Below are positions 23,076-33,337 of a stretch of 33,786 nt of DNA, one piece after another. Each line of letters begins with the position of its first letter. The first letter of the stretch is position 1. The position numbers and the translations under genes are program-made. Source of the stretch: Octopus bimaculoides (Eukaryota); contig NC_068981.1 in the NCBI RefSeq assembly GCF_001194135.2, positions 10,699,050 to 10,732,835 on the forward strand, given 5' to 3'. The notes under the pieces were generated by a model. The model had not been told where the DNA came from. It saw only the letters and a program-made list of their open reading frames with translations, and did no database searches.

Positions 23076-23994
23076 GTACTTCTTAAATACAGAGATCCCT
23101 TAACGGTACTACTTAAATACAGGTGTTGCATCCAAAATATTTTAAATGTACGTTGTGTGGACGTGTAATGACACGCTAACTAAGCCTAAAACTAGCCCTT
23201 CCCTTAACCCTAAAACTAATCTTCCCTTTCATATCGTTACGTAGATGCATCGGGACCTCCTTTATTTAAGTAGTTCCGTGAAAGTAACGGATTCTGTGTG
23301 TTCTTGAATGGCTTACAAACACCTCCGCTGCAACTTTTGTTTCAGCACACGATCTCTCATCAAGTCACTTGCTATGCAAGTACATCTCTGTGATGTTTTA
23401 AAATCACTGGATAAATGCCAGCAATGACCTTCTCAAGCTCTCCAATATTTTAATTTCTAAATAGAAACACGCGGGGTCTGGGAGTGAGGTTGCAAAAAAT
23501 TCATTATTTCTTAAATTTTCTTTTTTATAGCATATAAATGTATTTATGGGGAAGAATATTGAAAAACACCAATACATGCGAGAGTGATAAAGAAACGAGG
23601 AACGTTGTCTTTAGATATGCTAGAAACAACATCCAAATCGCCCTTAAATCACTCGCTTTTCCGTCTGAAAATATTAACAATTTAAAAAATTTACCGAAAA
23701 TTCTCTTCCTGTGGGTTTGCAGTACCAAGGAAAAAAAAATTGGCCAAAACAGGTCAGGAGTGGGATGAGGGCGGGGTGTGTGGAAAAAAAAGCGTTTACA
23801 AAACTTTTTTCAAAGGTGCTCCCCACTAACCCATCATTTCGAAAGAATTTTCCCCACAAATTACATGCACCAACTCACTCAATTTCGATTGACACCAAAC
23901 ACATCTCTAAAAACCGAGTTCTTGCGGATTCATTTTCCTGTCCAAATCAATCTCCCATTTTTTACTAGTTTCCTAAATGTCCTTTTTGTCTTAG

Positions 23995-24099
23995 GAATGT
24001 TTGAGTGCCACGGAAAAAGAAGTCCTGTTTGGAAATGCGATGATCAGTGAAGCTGAGTGCATTGAATTCTTAAATAAGATAAGTAATGGCAATGATATG
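23995..24099 (+). CDS. Patatin-like gene exon 10 (EF-hand-like insert)
   Basis: ttag|ECLSATEKEVLFGNAMISEAECIEFLNKISNGNDM|gtgagt, phase 0/0. Confidence 0.82.
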
Positions 24100-24194
24100 G
24101 TGAGTAACGTTCTATGACGTTGTAATCGATAACTTGTGTTTTGTAATCAATTCAAGTGTATGAGTTCAGTTGATTGGTGCAATTTCTTTTCAAG

Positions 24195-24347
24195 TTGGCC
24201 GTCTCAGATATGGAGAATCTCTTGGAGAGTAAAAACTGGGCGTTATATAGCCAATGCTTATGCAGTGAAAGGATTGAAATAACCAACCACTTTTGTTACT
24301 GGGGAGTTATAGCAAATGTTTTACACAGCGGTACCAGTAAAGTATTG
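24195..24347 (+). CDS. Patatin-like gene exon 11
   Basis: ttttcaag|LAVSDMENLLESKNWALYSQCLCSERIEITNHFCYWGVIANVLHSGTSKVL|gtaagt, phase 0/0. Confidence 0.82.
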
Positions 24348-24662
24348 GTAAGTAACGAGTCATAAATATAGTTCATTGTCACTTTAGCGTGAAGTCTCTC
24401 ACCTTAATTGTAACCCCGAATAAGTTATTTCATAGCTTTCATTGCGATAGACCTCTGCTTTAATTCTCGACGCTTATTTGCCGCAAGGATTAGTTTAGAG
24501 AGATCTACTTTATCATTTGTAGCGATTAAACATGAAAATATGACCAGGAATTGCTCTATGAAATAATGAGTGTTGAGACGGATCATCATCTGTTATGTCG
24601 GATTTGAATCATAAACTTACATTTACATAACTTAGAACTGTGTGTGTGTGTGTGTGTGTGTG

Positions 24663-24890
24663 TGGAGGTGCGTGACTTAGTGGTTAGGGCGTTGTTCCCC
24701 TGTTCGTAAGACTGTGGTTTCGATTGCTGGGCGATGCGTTGCGTCGTTGAACGAAACACTTAGCTCTACGTTGCTCGTCCAACAAAACTGAGTAATCCTG
24801 CGGTTGACCAGCGTCCTGTCCAAGAGGGGAATGTTACACCACAAAATCTGGGGAACTGGCCTTATGAGCCCTTGGCTTGGGAAGGACCTG
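24663..24890 (+). mobile_element. CORE-type tRNA-derived SINE, diverged
   Basis: ggaggtgcgtgacttagtggttaggg...gtttcgatt...aacacttagctctacgttgctc; follows (TG)n. Confidence 0.7.
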
Positions 24891-24977
24891 TGATCCCTAT
24901 TTTTTGTTTTTGATATATGTATGTATATGTATCGGTATGTGTATTTTAGGAACTTGTTTACTTAATTTTTCTTGCAG

Positions 24978-25073
24978 ATGGACAATTTTGAAAGGACTGT
25001 TGGTGTATACACTGGATATATCGACAACAGCGCACTTCATCTCGAAGAAGCTGATGAAAGTTATCTCTTTCAG
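24978..25073 (+). CDS. Patatin-like gene exon 12
   Basis: tttttcttgcag|MDNFERTVGVYTGYIDNSALHLEEADESYLFQ|gtgaat; RTxGIxTxYI...F.L...D..xL motif. Confidence 0.88.
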
Positions 25074-25181
25074 GTGAATATAAATTTCACAAATTTTATT
25101 TATTGCTTTTGACATTTATACACTGTCTAAATGCTTGAATTATTTTGTATATGTAATGTGTATATGATTATATATATATAG

Positions 25182-25229
25182 CAAGGATGGAACTGTACTG
25201 TGTCTTATCTGCGGCAACTTACCATGTGA
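25182..25229 (+). CDS. Patatin-like gene, terminal exon 13
   Basis: tag|QGWNCTVSYLRQLTM*; QG...T..FL patatin C-terminal helix; AATAAA at 25371. Confidence 0.85.
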   Translation, partial: QGWNCTVSYLRQLTM

Positions 25230-26687
25230 ACCGAACGTACTGAAGTGAATCGAAAACCGGCTGATTAATTAACAACGACTGTCTCAACAATTGTAAAATA
25301 TATAAATTAATAAACTGAGTTTGAGAAAGTATTTTCGTACTTTGTACTTCGGAAGAGACATTATGCTAGTAATAAACACACACATTGGTTCTATTTCACT
25401 TCATTTGTTTATTAACCAATCAAGTGATCGATTGTTTGCTTAATCGAACATTAAGGTTTGTCAGTCTTATCGTCACCATGCGACCTTATCAATGCTTTGG
25501 GTCTGACTTAATTTATGGATTTATAATTTTATAGGGATGCATATCGTAATTTTCTAGTTTGTTGAATCGAAAACTTATTTACTGAATATTATTTATAAGT
25601 TGATGCACAACTGAATTGAGATCGTCTGTTCTCTTCTAAATTTAACAATTGAACTTTAGTAATGCCAGTGTAGCTGGCTGGCTGTCACAAATCAGGCTGG
25701 CGAACTCTCGTGCTTGTGTTTACATAAAGTCGTGTTGAAAGTGAAAGGGCCAGCTCGAAGTACTAGGAATGTTTTGTGGGGGAAATGAGCTGGTAACCCT
25801 TAAAAAGCTTCGGAAAGGAAGATGCAATGAAAATGGATGCAGCTGTTCAGGGGATGTTTTTTTGGGGGTAAGACGAAACGAAAATGGATGTGGAGTGGAG
25901 AGGAAGACGAATACAAAATCTCGTAAGTGGCGAGAAGAGGCCAGAACAGTCACAAGTGGCGGTGGCGGCTGATAGCAGTGTGCACGGTTGCGTCCGGCTC
26001 AAAGAGAATAAATTGGGTTTATGAGCTGTTCTAATCTTTTTCAGACAGTCCCGTTTTCCGTAAGGTACTGCGAAAAATGTTATTCGTCATCCTTACAACA
26101 AATGTATTAAGCATTTGAATTTTATTGATTAATTGACCGATTTTAAAACTGTCGACCGGAGTTTAGATTTTCCGGTTTACGAAAACTGTTTCTTAAAACC
26201 AAAAGTAGTCGGTTTTTGATATTTTGTTTACCATAAACCACGGCAAAGTATTCATGCCATTAGTTAGGTGCCCAGTGAATCACGGACTGACCACAAAAAC
26301 GTCCGATAACATGCTCCAACATTAAAGCAGTTATTTTCACTTTCAACAACGGAAATTAAATCGGTTATTCTATGAGATTGTGTTGTGAAGAAAAAACAAA
26401 TCTTACTTGCAATTAGATTTACCTAAATATAAAACCCAAAATAGCTTTAAACTTAATGTTTGAAGAATCAATGTTACGATCCCGTCTTTGTACTATGCGG
26501 ATATACCACCAGCACTGCTCAAACGGCCTTAACATCAAATTCACAACTTATCCAAGGCTTGTATCTCGTGCCATATCCACCCCAACAGCAAGCCAGTATC
26601 CTAACACAACCACACTGCAACACAACTCTTCAAGTTCTGCTTTAATGTTATTGCATTATTATTTTTTAAAACGGATTTACTACTCAC

Positions 26688-26796
26688 CAGGAAATTTAAT
26701 TGAAGAACTTCGAACAATTCCAGGTGTTTGTAATAATTTTAAAAGACTTTCTTCTTTCAAAGAGAATTCGTAGTAGGTGTAGCTTATATGCGTGAT
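26688..26796 (-). CDS. GLYAT-like gene, internal N-domain exon
   Basis: ttctttag|ITHISYTYYEFSLKEESLLKLLQTPGIVRSSSIKFP G|gtgagt, 109 nt, phase 0/1; resembles GLYAT YTN.Y.I.SKD...L..FL..P..I.W region. Confidence 0.7.
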
Positions 26797-26984
26797 CTAA
26801 AGAATATATTAAAAATCGAGATTATTTTTAGCTGCATAAAATGTATTTAAGAATTCTCCAAAAACGTAGTTAGACTTTTTAACCATTCGTCGACAATTTC
26901 TTTCATTAGTTAACTTGGAAATAAAAGTATTTGTTAAAAGAGGAATTAATATCTGCGCAAGTGACTACACATAATTTAGTTCTT

Positions 26985-27283
26985 AGTTATTTCATTCATT
27001 GGATTGCGGCCATGCTAGGGCACTGACTACACAGGTTTAGTTGAACAAATACATCCCAGGACATTTTTAGTCTGGTACTTATTCTATCATTCACAAACCA
27101 ACACCGGTTGTCAAGTTGTGTTGTTGTGGGACACTTTCACACACTACGTACTTCTTTCAGTTTCCGTTTAAACCCACTCAAATGGTTTTGCTCTTCTCGT
27201 TATAGAAGACAAGGTACTCCGCAATGGAACTGAACTCAAGATCACAAAAATTGGGAAGCAAAGTTAGCCACGCCTGCGCCTAT
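26985..27283 (-). mobile_element. SINE family B, diverged
   Basis: gattgcggccatgctagggc...ggtacttattctatc...tagaagac..ggaactgaactc..agccacgcctgcgcc. Confidence 0.75.
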
Positions 27284-27379
27284 ATACGATTATAATTAAA
27301 CTCGAATATGGACCTACTAGAAACTTATAATATATATCAGCATTACGACATTGTGGTTGGTAGGGCGGTGTTTCTTTTC

Positions 27380-27560
27380 TACTCTAGGCACAAAATTTTT
27401 GGGAAGCGAGCCAACCGATTAGATGTACCCCAGTAGCAACTGGTGCTTAATTTATTAACCTCGACAGGGTGAAAGACAAAGTTGAGCTCAGAACGTAAAG
27501 ACCAGCGAAACACCGCGAAGCATTTCGCCCGGTGTGTGCTAACGTTTCTGCCGGCTCGCT
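27380..27560 (-). mobile_element. SINE family A
   Basis: gggtgaaagacaaagttgagctcagaacgtaaag..gcatttcgcccggtgtgtgctaacgtttctgccggctcgc. Confidence 0.75.
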
Positions 27561-27669
27561 GTCTTGGCGTTGTTGTGCTAACGTTTCTGCCGGTTCGCTG
27601 TCTTGGCGTTGTTGTGCTAACGTTTCTGCCGGTTCGCTGTCTTGGCGTTGTTGTGCTAACGTTTCTGCC
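27535..27669. repeat. 39-bp tandem minisatellite built from the SINE 5' head
   Basis: tgtgctaacgtttctgccggttcgctgtcttggcgttgt repeated at least 3.5 times, running into a gap. Confidence 0.9.
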
Positions 27670-28610
27670 NNNNNNNNNNNNNNNNNNNNNNNNNNNNNNN
27701 NNNNNNNNNNNNNNNNNNNNNNNNNNNNNNNNNNNNNNNNNNNNNNNNNNNNNNNNNNNNNNNNNNNNNNNNNNNNNNNNNNNNNNNNNNNNNNNNNNNN
27801 NNNNNNNNNNNNNNNNNNNNNNNNNNNNNNNNNNNNNNNNNNNNNNNNNNNNNNNNNNNNNNNNNNNNNNNNNNNNNNNNNNNNNNNNNNNNNNNNNNNN
27901 NNNNNNNNNNNNNNNNNNNNNNNNNNNNNNNNNNNNNNNNNNNNNNNNNNNNNNNNNNNNNNNNNNNNNNNNNNNNNNNNNNNNNNNNNNNNNNNNNNNN
28001 NNNNNNNNNNNNNNNNNNNNNNNNNNNNNNNNNNNNNNNNNNNNNNNNNNNNNNNNNNNNNNNNNNNNNNNNNNNNNNNNNNNNNNNNNNNNNNNNNNNN
28101 NNNNNNNNNNNNNNNNNNNNNNNNNNNNNNNNNNNNNNNNNNNNNNNNNNNNNNNNNNNNNNNNNNNNNNNNNNNNNNNNNNNNNNNNNNNNNNNNNNNN
28201 NNNNNNNNNNNNNNNNNNNNNNNNNNNNNNNNNNNNNNNNNNNNNNNNNNNNNNNNNNNNNNNNNNNNNNNNNNNNNNNNNNNNNNNNNNNNNNNNNNNN
28301 NNNNNNNNNNNNNNNNNNNNNNNNNNNNNNNNNNNNNNNNNNNNNNNNNNNNNNNNNNNNNNNNNNNNNNNNNNNNNNNNNNNNNNNNNNNNNNNNNNNN
28401 NNNNNNNNNNNNNNNNNNNNNNNNNNNNNNNNNNNNNNNNNNNNNNNNNNNNNNNNNNNNNNNNNNNNNNNNNNNNNNNNNNNNNNNNNNNNNNNNNNNN
28501 NNNNNNNNNNNNNNNNNNNNNNNNNNNNNNNNNNNNNNNNNNNNNNNNNNNNNNNNNNNNNNNNNNNNNNNNNNNNNNNNNNNNNNNNNNNNNNNNNNNN
28601 NNNNNCCTGG

Positions 28611-28654
28611 GTCTTATCACTCTAGCCCGAAATGGCCTCTCGACTAGAAGCATT

Positions 28655-28708
<54 letters not shown>

Positions 28709-28755
28709 TCTCTTATCACTCTTATCACTCTTATCACTCTAGCTCGAAATGGCTA
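28611..28755. repeat. (CT)n microsatellite flanked by a direct repeat, plus three copies of tcttatcac
   Basis: tcttatcactctagc(c/t)cgaaatggc on both sides of (CT)n. Confidence 0.75.
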
Positions 28756-30545
28756 TCTATGTCTTTCTTTCTTTTCCCCCTGCATCACCAAACTTGTGTG
28801 TGTATGCATGTGTAATATAATCATATACACAAATGCAATTTCTGTCTTACCATCTTGCTGCCTACAGCAGTGAACCAGTCTTGACGAAACTTTATGTTAA
28901 ACTAACATCTAGTTCAGTTACAAGCTAATTGGATTTCAATAAAAATCTATAATGGCCCTCACTAGGCTAGTATTTGAGGGAGCAAGAGTGTTAGTGTGAG
29001 GGAAATGTGGTAGCATAGTGAGTGTGGCTGGTATCAAGGAAGGGGAGAACAACGTTGTGTAAGCGACATACGTAACTTTTAAAACGCCAAAGGGAAAGAA
29101 AGGCGGGTGTGAGGAATGTGATCACCTGTGTGTACGTTTGTAAATGTGTGTGTGTGAGACGTCCTATAACTGTCTGTCTATTTTTGTAGGGTCTTCCTTG
29201 TTGCTGTTACATTGTGAAATTCAGTTGCAAAAGATCTTGATTGTGTATAACGATTAAAAGTTTTTGAAAATCTTGCGTAGGCACTGAGCAGGTATCGCCA
29301 AGCTTTTGGCAAAATTTGATGCAGATTCTCTGCTCAATTTTTTGTCATGGTCAATGCGATGATCACATGCTACACACCTTCCTTCCAAGCACTGCTGTAA
29401 GCAACAGAAGTGAGCTAGAACGTTAAAATTTAGTGTGCATGCATAAGCAGAGTTCAAGGTTAATTTGCGCCAAGAGGCTTTGCTCTGCGGGATGTAGCTT
29501 TGTCCGAATACTTATTGATCAGACTACGTATATATATATAAGTATTATGTGAATGATGAAGGGGAAAATAGGAAAGCTTCTGACAATGCGGCAAGTTTCA
29601 CAAAACCTTTGTTTTTGGTGCAAAGGCCCATCCTCAGACGAAACAGTCTGGGAGATGTCTATTTATAGAGGTTCCGTTAACCCATCCAAATCCCTCAGCG
29701 TTATCTTAGCAGCAGAAGTCATCCTCCATATTCGTCTAACCGAAGCATTTATTCACAGTGAGTTCTTTTCTCGTATTAAACAGGAATCATGGCTAAAATC
29801 AATGTTTATTGAGCGATGAGTGAACAAACTACATTTCTAGAGACCACACTTTAGTGCCCACCTCACTAATCTCAGTAGACACTGAGTGCAGCAACAATTT
29901 CCTTGTGCAACTCTGTCTGCCACCAGATTTACAGATGTCACAGAATATTTCTGGTTGTGTCTGTTGCAGCTCGTGACTGTATAGACACATAAAACAATTA
30001 TCAAAAGCTGTGTTACCAAGTTATATTCGCTTGAGAGTGGCGGCAGCAGTACACTATTATAAAGTAAATGATTTTTATTAATTTCCTCCAAATATATTTA
30101 TACTTTGCTTTATCTTCATTCTGTTTCATACTTTTCATACATTAAACAATAATTTTAAAACAACTATTATTCTTCTACCAAATAAAATCAATTTTTATGA
30201 TCGTTTTATCGATCTCAGTAGAGTCATTATTGTTTCTGAATAGTTCAATGTTACATCGTTAAAACAAAACAAAACGTGACTACTTGTGCTTAACTCAACA
30301 CAAATGTAAACCAGGCTTTCAGGTTCAAACGCTCCTACAAACTAAACACAAAACTCTAGTTTTTAAAGGAGAGATAAGTGTGGATTTTTATAATTTTCGA
30401 ATTAGTTGTCTAACTTTTTCTTAGCTTGTAATTTGTAAATCATCGGCAAATAATAGGAATTACAACAGTCTGAAAGCTTTCTATATCCAGATCGCTATAA
30501 TTTAACATGATTTTGAAGATAAAATAATAGGAAACGGTTACTTAC

Positions 30546-30626
30546 TAATAGTGCCTTTTCTCCGTATTCGTTTAAGATCTTAATCAACTGTAATGTATCA
30601 GATTCATTTAACTGTAGGGGTGCCAT
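30546..30626 (-). CDS. GLYAT-like gene, probable first coding exon
   Basis: gccATGg context; MAPLQLNESDTLQLIKILNEYGEKALL|gtaagt, phase 0. Length and pattern resemble the GLYAT N-terminus (L.....L..L...L......SLK|V). Confidence 0.55.
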
Positions 30627-31158
30627 GGCGTTTATTAAAATAAAGTAAATTAAAAAAGTGCCGTCAGCTTCTTTCAATTATTACTGTTAAATTTCCACAT
30701 CGATTTGTTTCACAACTTCCGTTAATTTAAGAAAGAAATGACGAGACTTTAGTTGTTTAAGTTTGATAATATAACAAGTACACCGCGTAACTTATAACTT
30801 CGAAGTGGGTTACTCAGGATTGCAGTGACAGTAGAGGTCGACAAGGGTTAGATAACAGCTTGTATTTACTAAAGTCTCGTGATAATCATTAAAGGCTATC
30901 AGTAAACAACTTAGTTTTCAATTAAATGTAGATGGTGAAAAATATCTTGTAAGAAACTGATATTGTATTGGCTGTTATTTTATAAAAGTTGACTTACAAT
31001 TATTATGTAGAACAATGCATCATTTATATAAATGCAACGTAAAACCTAATGCATACAATAATCATTCTTATAAAGATTCATTATACTAGTACAAAATGAC
31101 AACTATATAAGCGAAGGGTGTAATCCATTGAAAAGATAAATATACTATTGGTTCTTGT

Positions 31159-31543
31159 GGAGGCACAATGGCCCAGTGGTTAGGGCAGCGGACTCGCGGT
31201 CATAGGATCGCGGTTTCGATTCCCAGACCGGGCGTTGTGAGTGTTTATTGAGCGAAAACACCTATAGCTCCACGAGGCGCCGGCAGGGGATGGTGGCGAA
31301 CTCTGGTGTACTCTTTTACCACAACTTTCTCTCACTCTTACTTCCTGTTTCTGTTGTGCCTGTAATTCAAAGGGTCAGCCTTGTCCACACTCTGTGTCAC
31401 GCTGAATCTCCCCCAAGAACTACGTTAAGGGTACACTTGTCTGTGGAGTGCTCAGCCACTTGCACGTTAATTTCACGAGCAGGCTGTTCCGTTGATCGGA
31501 TCGACTGGAAAACCCTCGACGTCGTAAGCGACGGAGTGCCAAC
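31159..31543 (+). mobile_element. Full-length SINE family C
   Basis: ggaggcacaatggcccagtggttagggcagcggactcgcgg...gtttcgattccc (A and B boxes)...gttccgttgatcggatcgactgg. Confidence 0.88.
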
Positions 31544-31719
31544 GCTATTGGTATTTATTTTTATCGAAAGGAGGACCCAGATAAATGAAAAGCAAAATCA
31601 CCTGAGCAGGACTTGCACTTAAAACATAGAGACATAGCTATACACGGCAGGTAATTTAATCTGGCGTTCTAATGTTTCTGACGTTTATCACAAGCAGCGG
31701 CTTCCATAAAGAAAATAGG

Positions 31720-31890
31720 ACGTTGCGGGTATTGCATTCGCTTTGTAATTACTTGGTTTCAGATGCAGACCCACTGCGCAGCACCTCGGGCGAGTATCTT
31801 CTACTATTGTCCAGAGTCGAACAATACTTTGTGAGTGAATTTCGTTAGCAGAAACTGTGTAGAAGTCCGTTATACATACATACATACATA
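31720..31890 (+). mobile_element. SINE family B, 5' half
   Basis: cccactgcgcagcacctcgggcgagtatcttctactat..gtgagtgaattt..gaaactg..gaagtccgt + (ACAT)n. Confidence 0.7.
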
Positions 31891-32390
31891 AAGCTGAAGA
31901 TCAGTGAAAAAGAGAACACCTATGCTGGACTATTGAGAAATCATCAGTTACTCTATCCAGATTAGAAGTTCAGGTTTATACCTGTAATTATTGGAGTCCT
32001 GGGGTATGTAACACACTGCCTAGATACCAATCTTGAGAAATTACGCTTCTCAAAACCAGAAAGGAGAAAGCTAATTCAAAGACTACAGATCCAATCAATC
32101 ACTGGAACTGTAAGAATCTGTAAAACTTTCCAGAAGTTTATCATTTAAATATATATGAGCATGTCTAGACAAGTAACAATATGCATGAGAATACATACAT
32201 AAAACAAAACATCTGCACACAAAGACATACGCACATACACACACATACATACCTGCATGCAGGCCCTGTTGTTGATGTTGAAATTCCAACGAAGGAGCCT
32301 TGGATCTAGGTTCGAAACCGGTTCTTTCTCTATTGGCAAGAAATCTTGAAATAAACTGAATAATAACATACATACACACACACATACAGT
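31891..32390 (+). mobile_element. 5'-truncated LINE with restriction-like endonuclease C-terminus (R4/CRE-type), plus 3' UTR
   Basis: EKENTYAGLLRNHQLLYPD*KFRFIPVIIGVLGYV...LQIQSITGTVRICKTFQKFII* (stop 32146-32148); EK..KY..L and PvviGalG RLE motifs. Confidence 0.75.
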
Positions 32391-32409
32391 GCGTGTGTGT
32401 GTGTTTCGA

Positions 32410-32570
32410 TCTTTTCTGTCCGCCCACACTTTGATAATTGGGGTTGGTTTATTTACGTGTTATTCACTTTGGTGGTTCAGCAAAAGAGAAGGATAGAGTA
32501 AGTATTAGACTGGGTTCGATTTGTTCGACCGAAACCCTTCACAGCGGCGCCCCAGCTGGGTTATAATGCA
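32410..32570 (+). mobile_element. SINE family B, 3' half
   Basis: ggttcagcaaaagagaaggatagagtaagta..ttcgatttgttcgaccgaaacccttcacagcggcgccccagc. Confidence 0.65.
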
Positions 32571-32692
32571 ATTAGTGAAACTAATATGAAAGAAAGAAAT
32601 AATGAATTTTTAAACAAGTAAAATTCAAAGTTATCAGTTTAACTTATCAGTTTACAATCAACAAAAAGAATGGAACATGAAAACTGGCAACG

Positions 32693-32975
32693 TTTATTAC
32701 CTCCGCCTTAGCGAAGGTGGAGGTATTGTTTTCAGTCGTGTTTGTTTGTTTGTCTGTAGACAAGATATCTCAAGACTCGCTGGATGAATTCAGATGAAAC
32801 TTTCAAAGATGTTTGGCCTCCTGACTGGCACGAACTGACTAGATTTTGGAGTCGATTCGATACCGGACAAGGATTCTGGATTATTTTTCTGTTTTTTTTT
32901 TTAAATTTAACTTTTGAGAGCGGTCTGGTTCATTTTCATTATTCTCGTTTGTGAGAGCAGTCGAGTTTATTTCAG
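32693..32975 (+). mobile_element. HINE/Helentron-like non-autonomous element (tentative)
   Basis: ttattacctccgcctt-agcg-aaggtggaggt terminal hairpin, then (TTTG)n and gatatctcaa..gatgaaactt. Confidence 0.5.
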
Positions 32976-33337
32976 ATATTCTCATTGATATCATCATTGA
33001 TAATATATAAATGATAAACTTCATTTTAATCTTAAATGTCATTATCAGTTTGAAGAACTAAAGTGCAGAGTAAATCAGTTCTCCAAACTGATGATAATAT
33101 ATTTACTTTAATTTGTTCCATGAGCTTTTGGCTTTTCAAGTAATTTGAACATTTTTCGAACAATTCCCTCTCAGAACACCCACTCCGTTCCTTGAAAAAT
33201 AACCGTAATTCATAAATAGATGTACTCCTGAACGTTATTGGTCATTTAGTGATCTTTTTGTCTATCCTTTTCTGCTTATCCTAATCTTACCTTCTTAGGC
33301 AAGATTACAATAGTTTTTAAAAAAATCTTTACTTGTT

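Noticed and set aside
26456-26773. 105-aa plus-strand ORF
   Set aside because: No homology signal; its 3' part is the antisense of the GLYAT-like exon
26860-26905. Minus peptide MKEIVDEWLKS resembling GLYAT VVDKW
   Set aside because: Flanked by in-frame stops, with no phase-compatible splice sites
27535-27669. 39-bp repeats as a possible CRISPR array
   Set aside because: Head-to-tail with no spacers, SINE-derived, eukaryotic context, no cas genes
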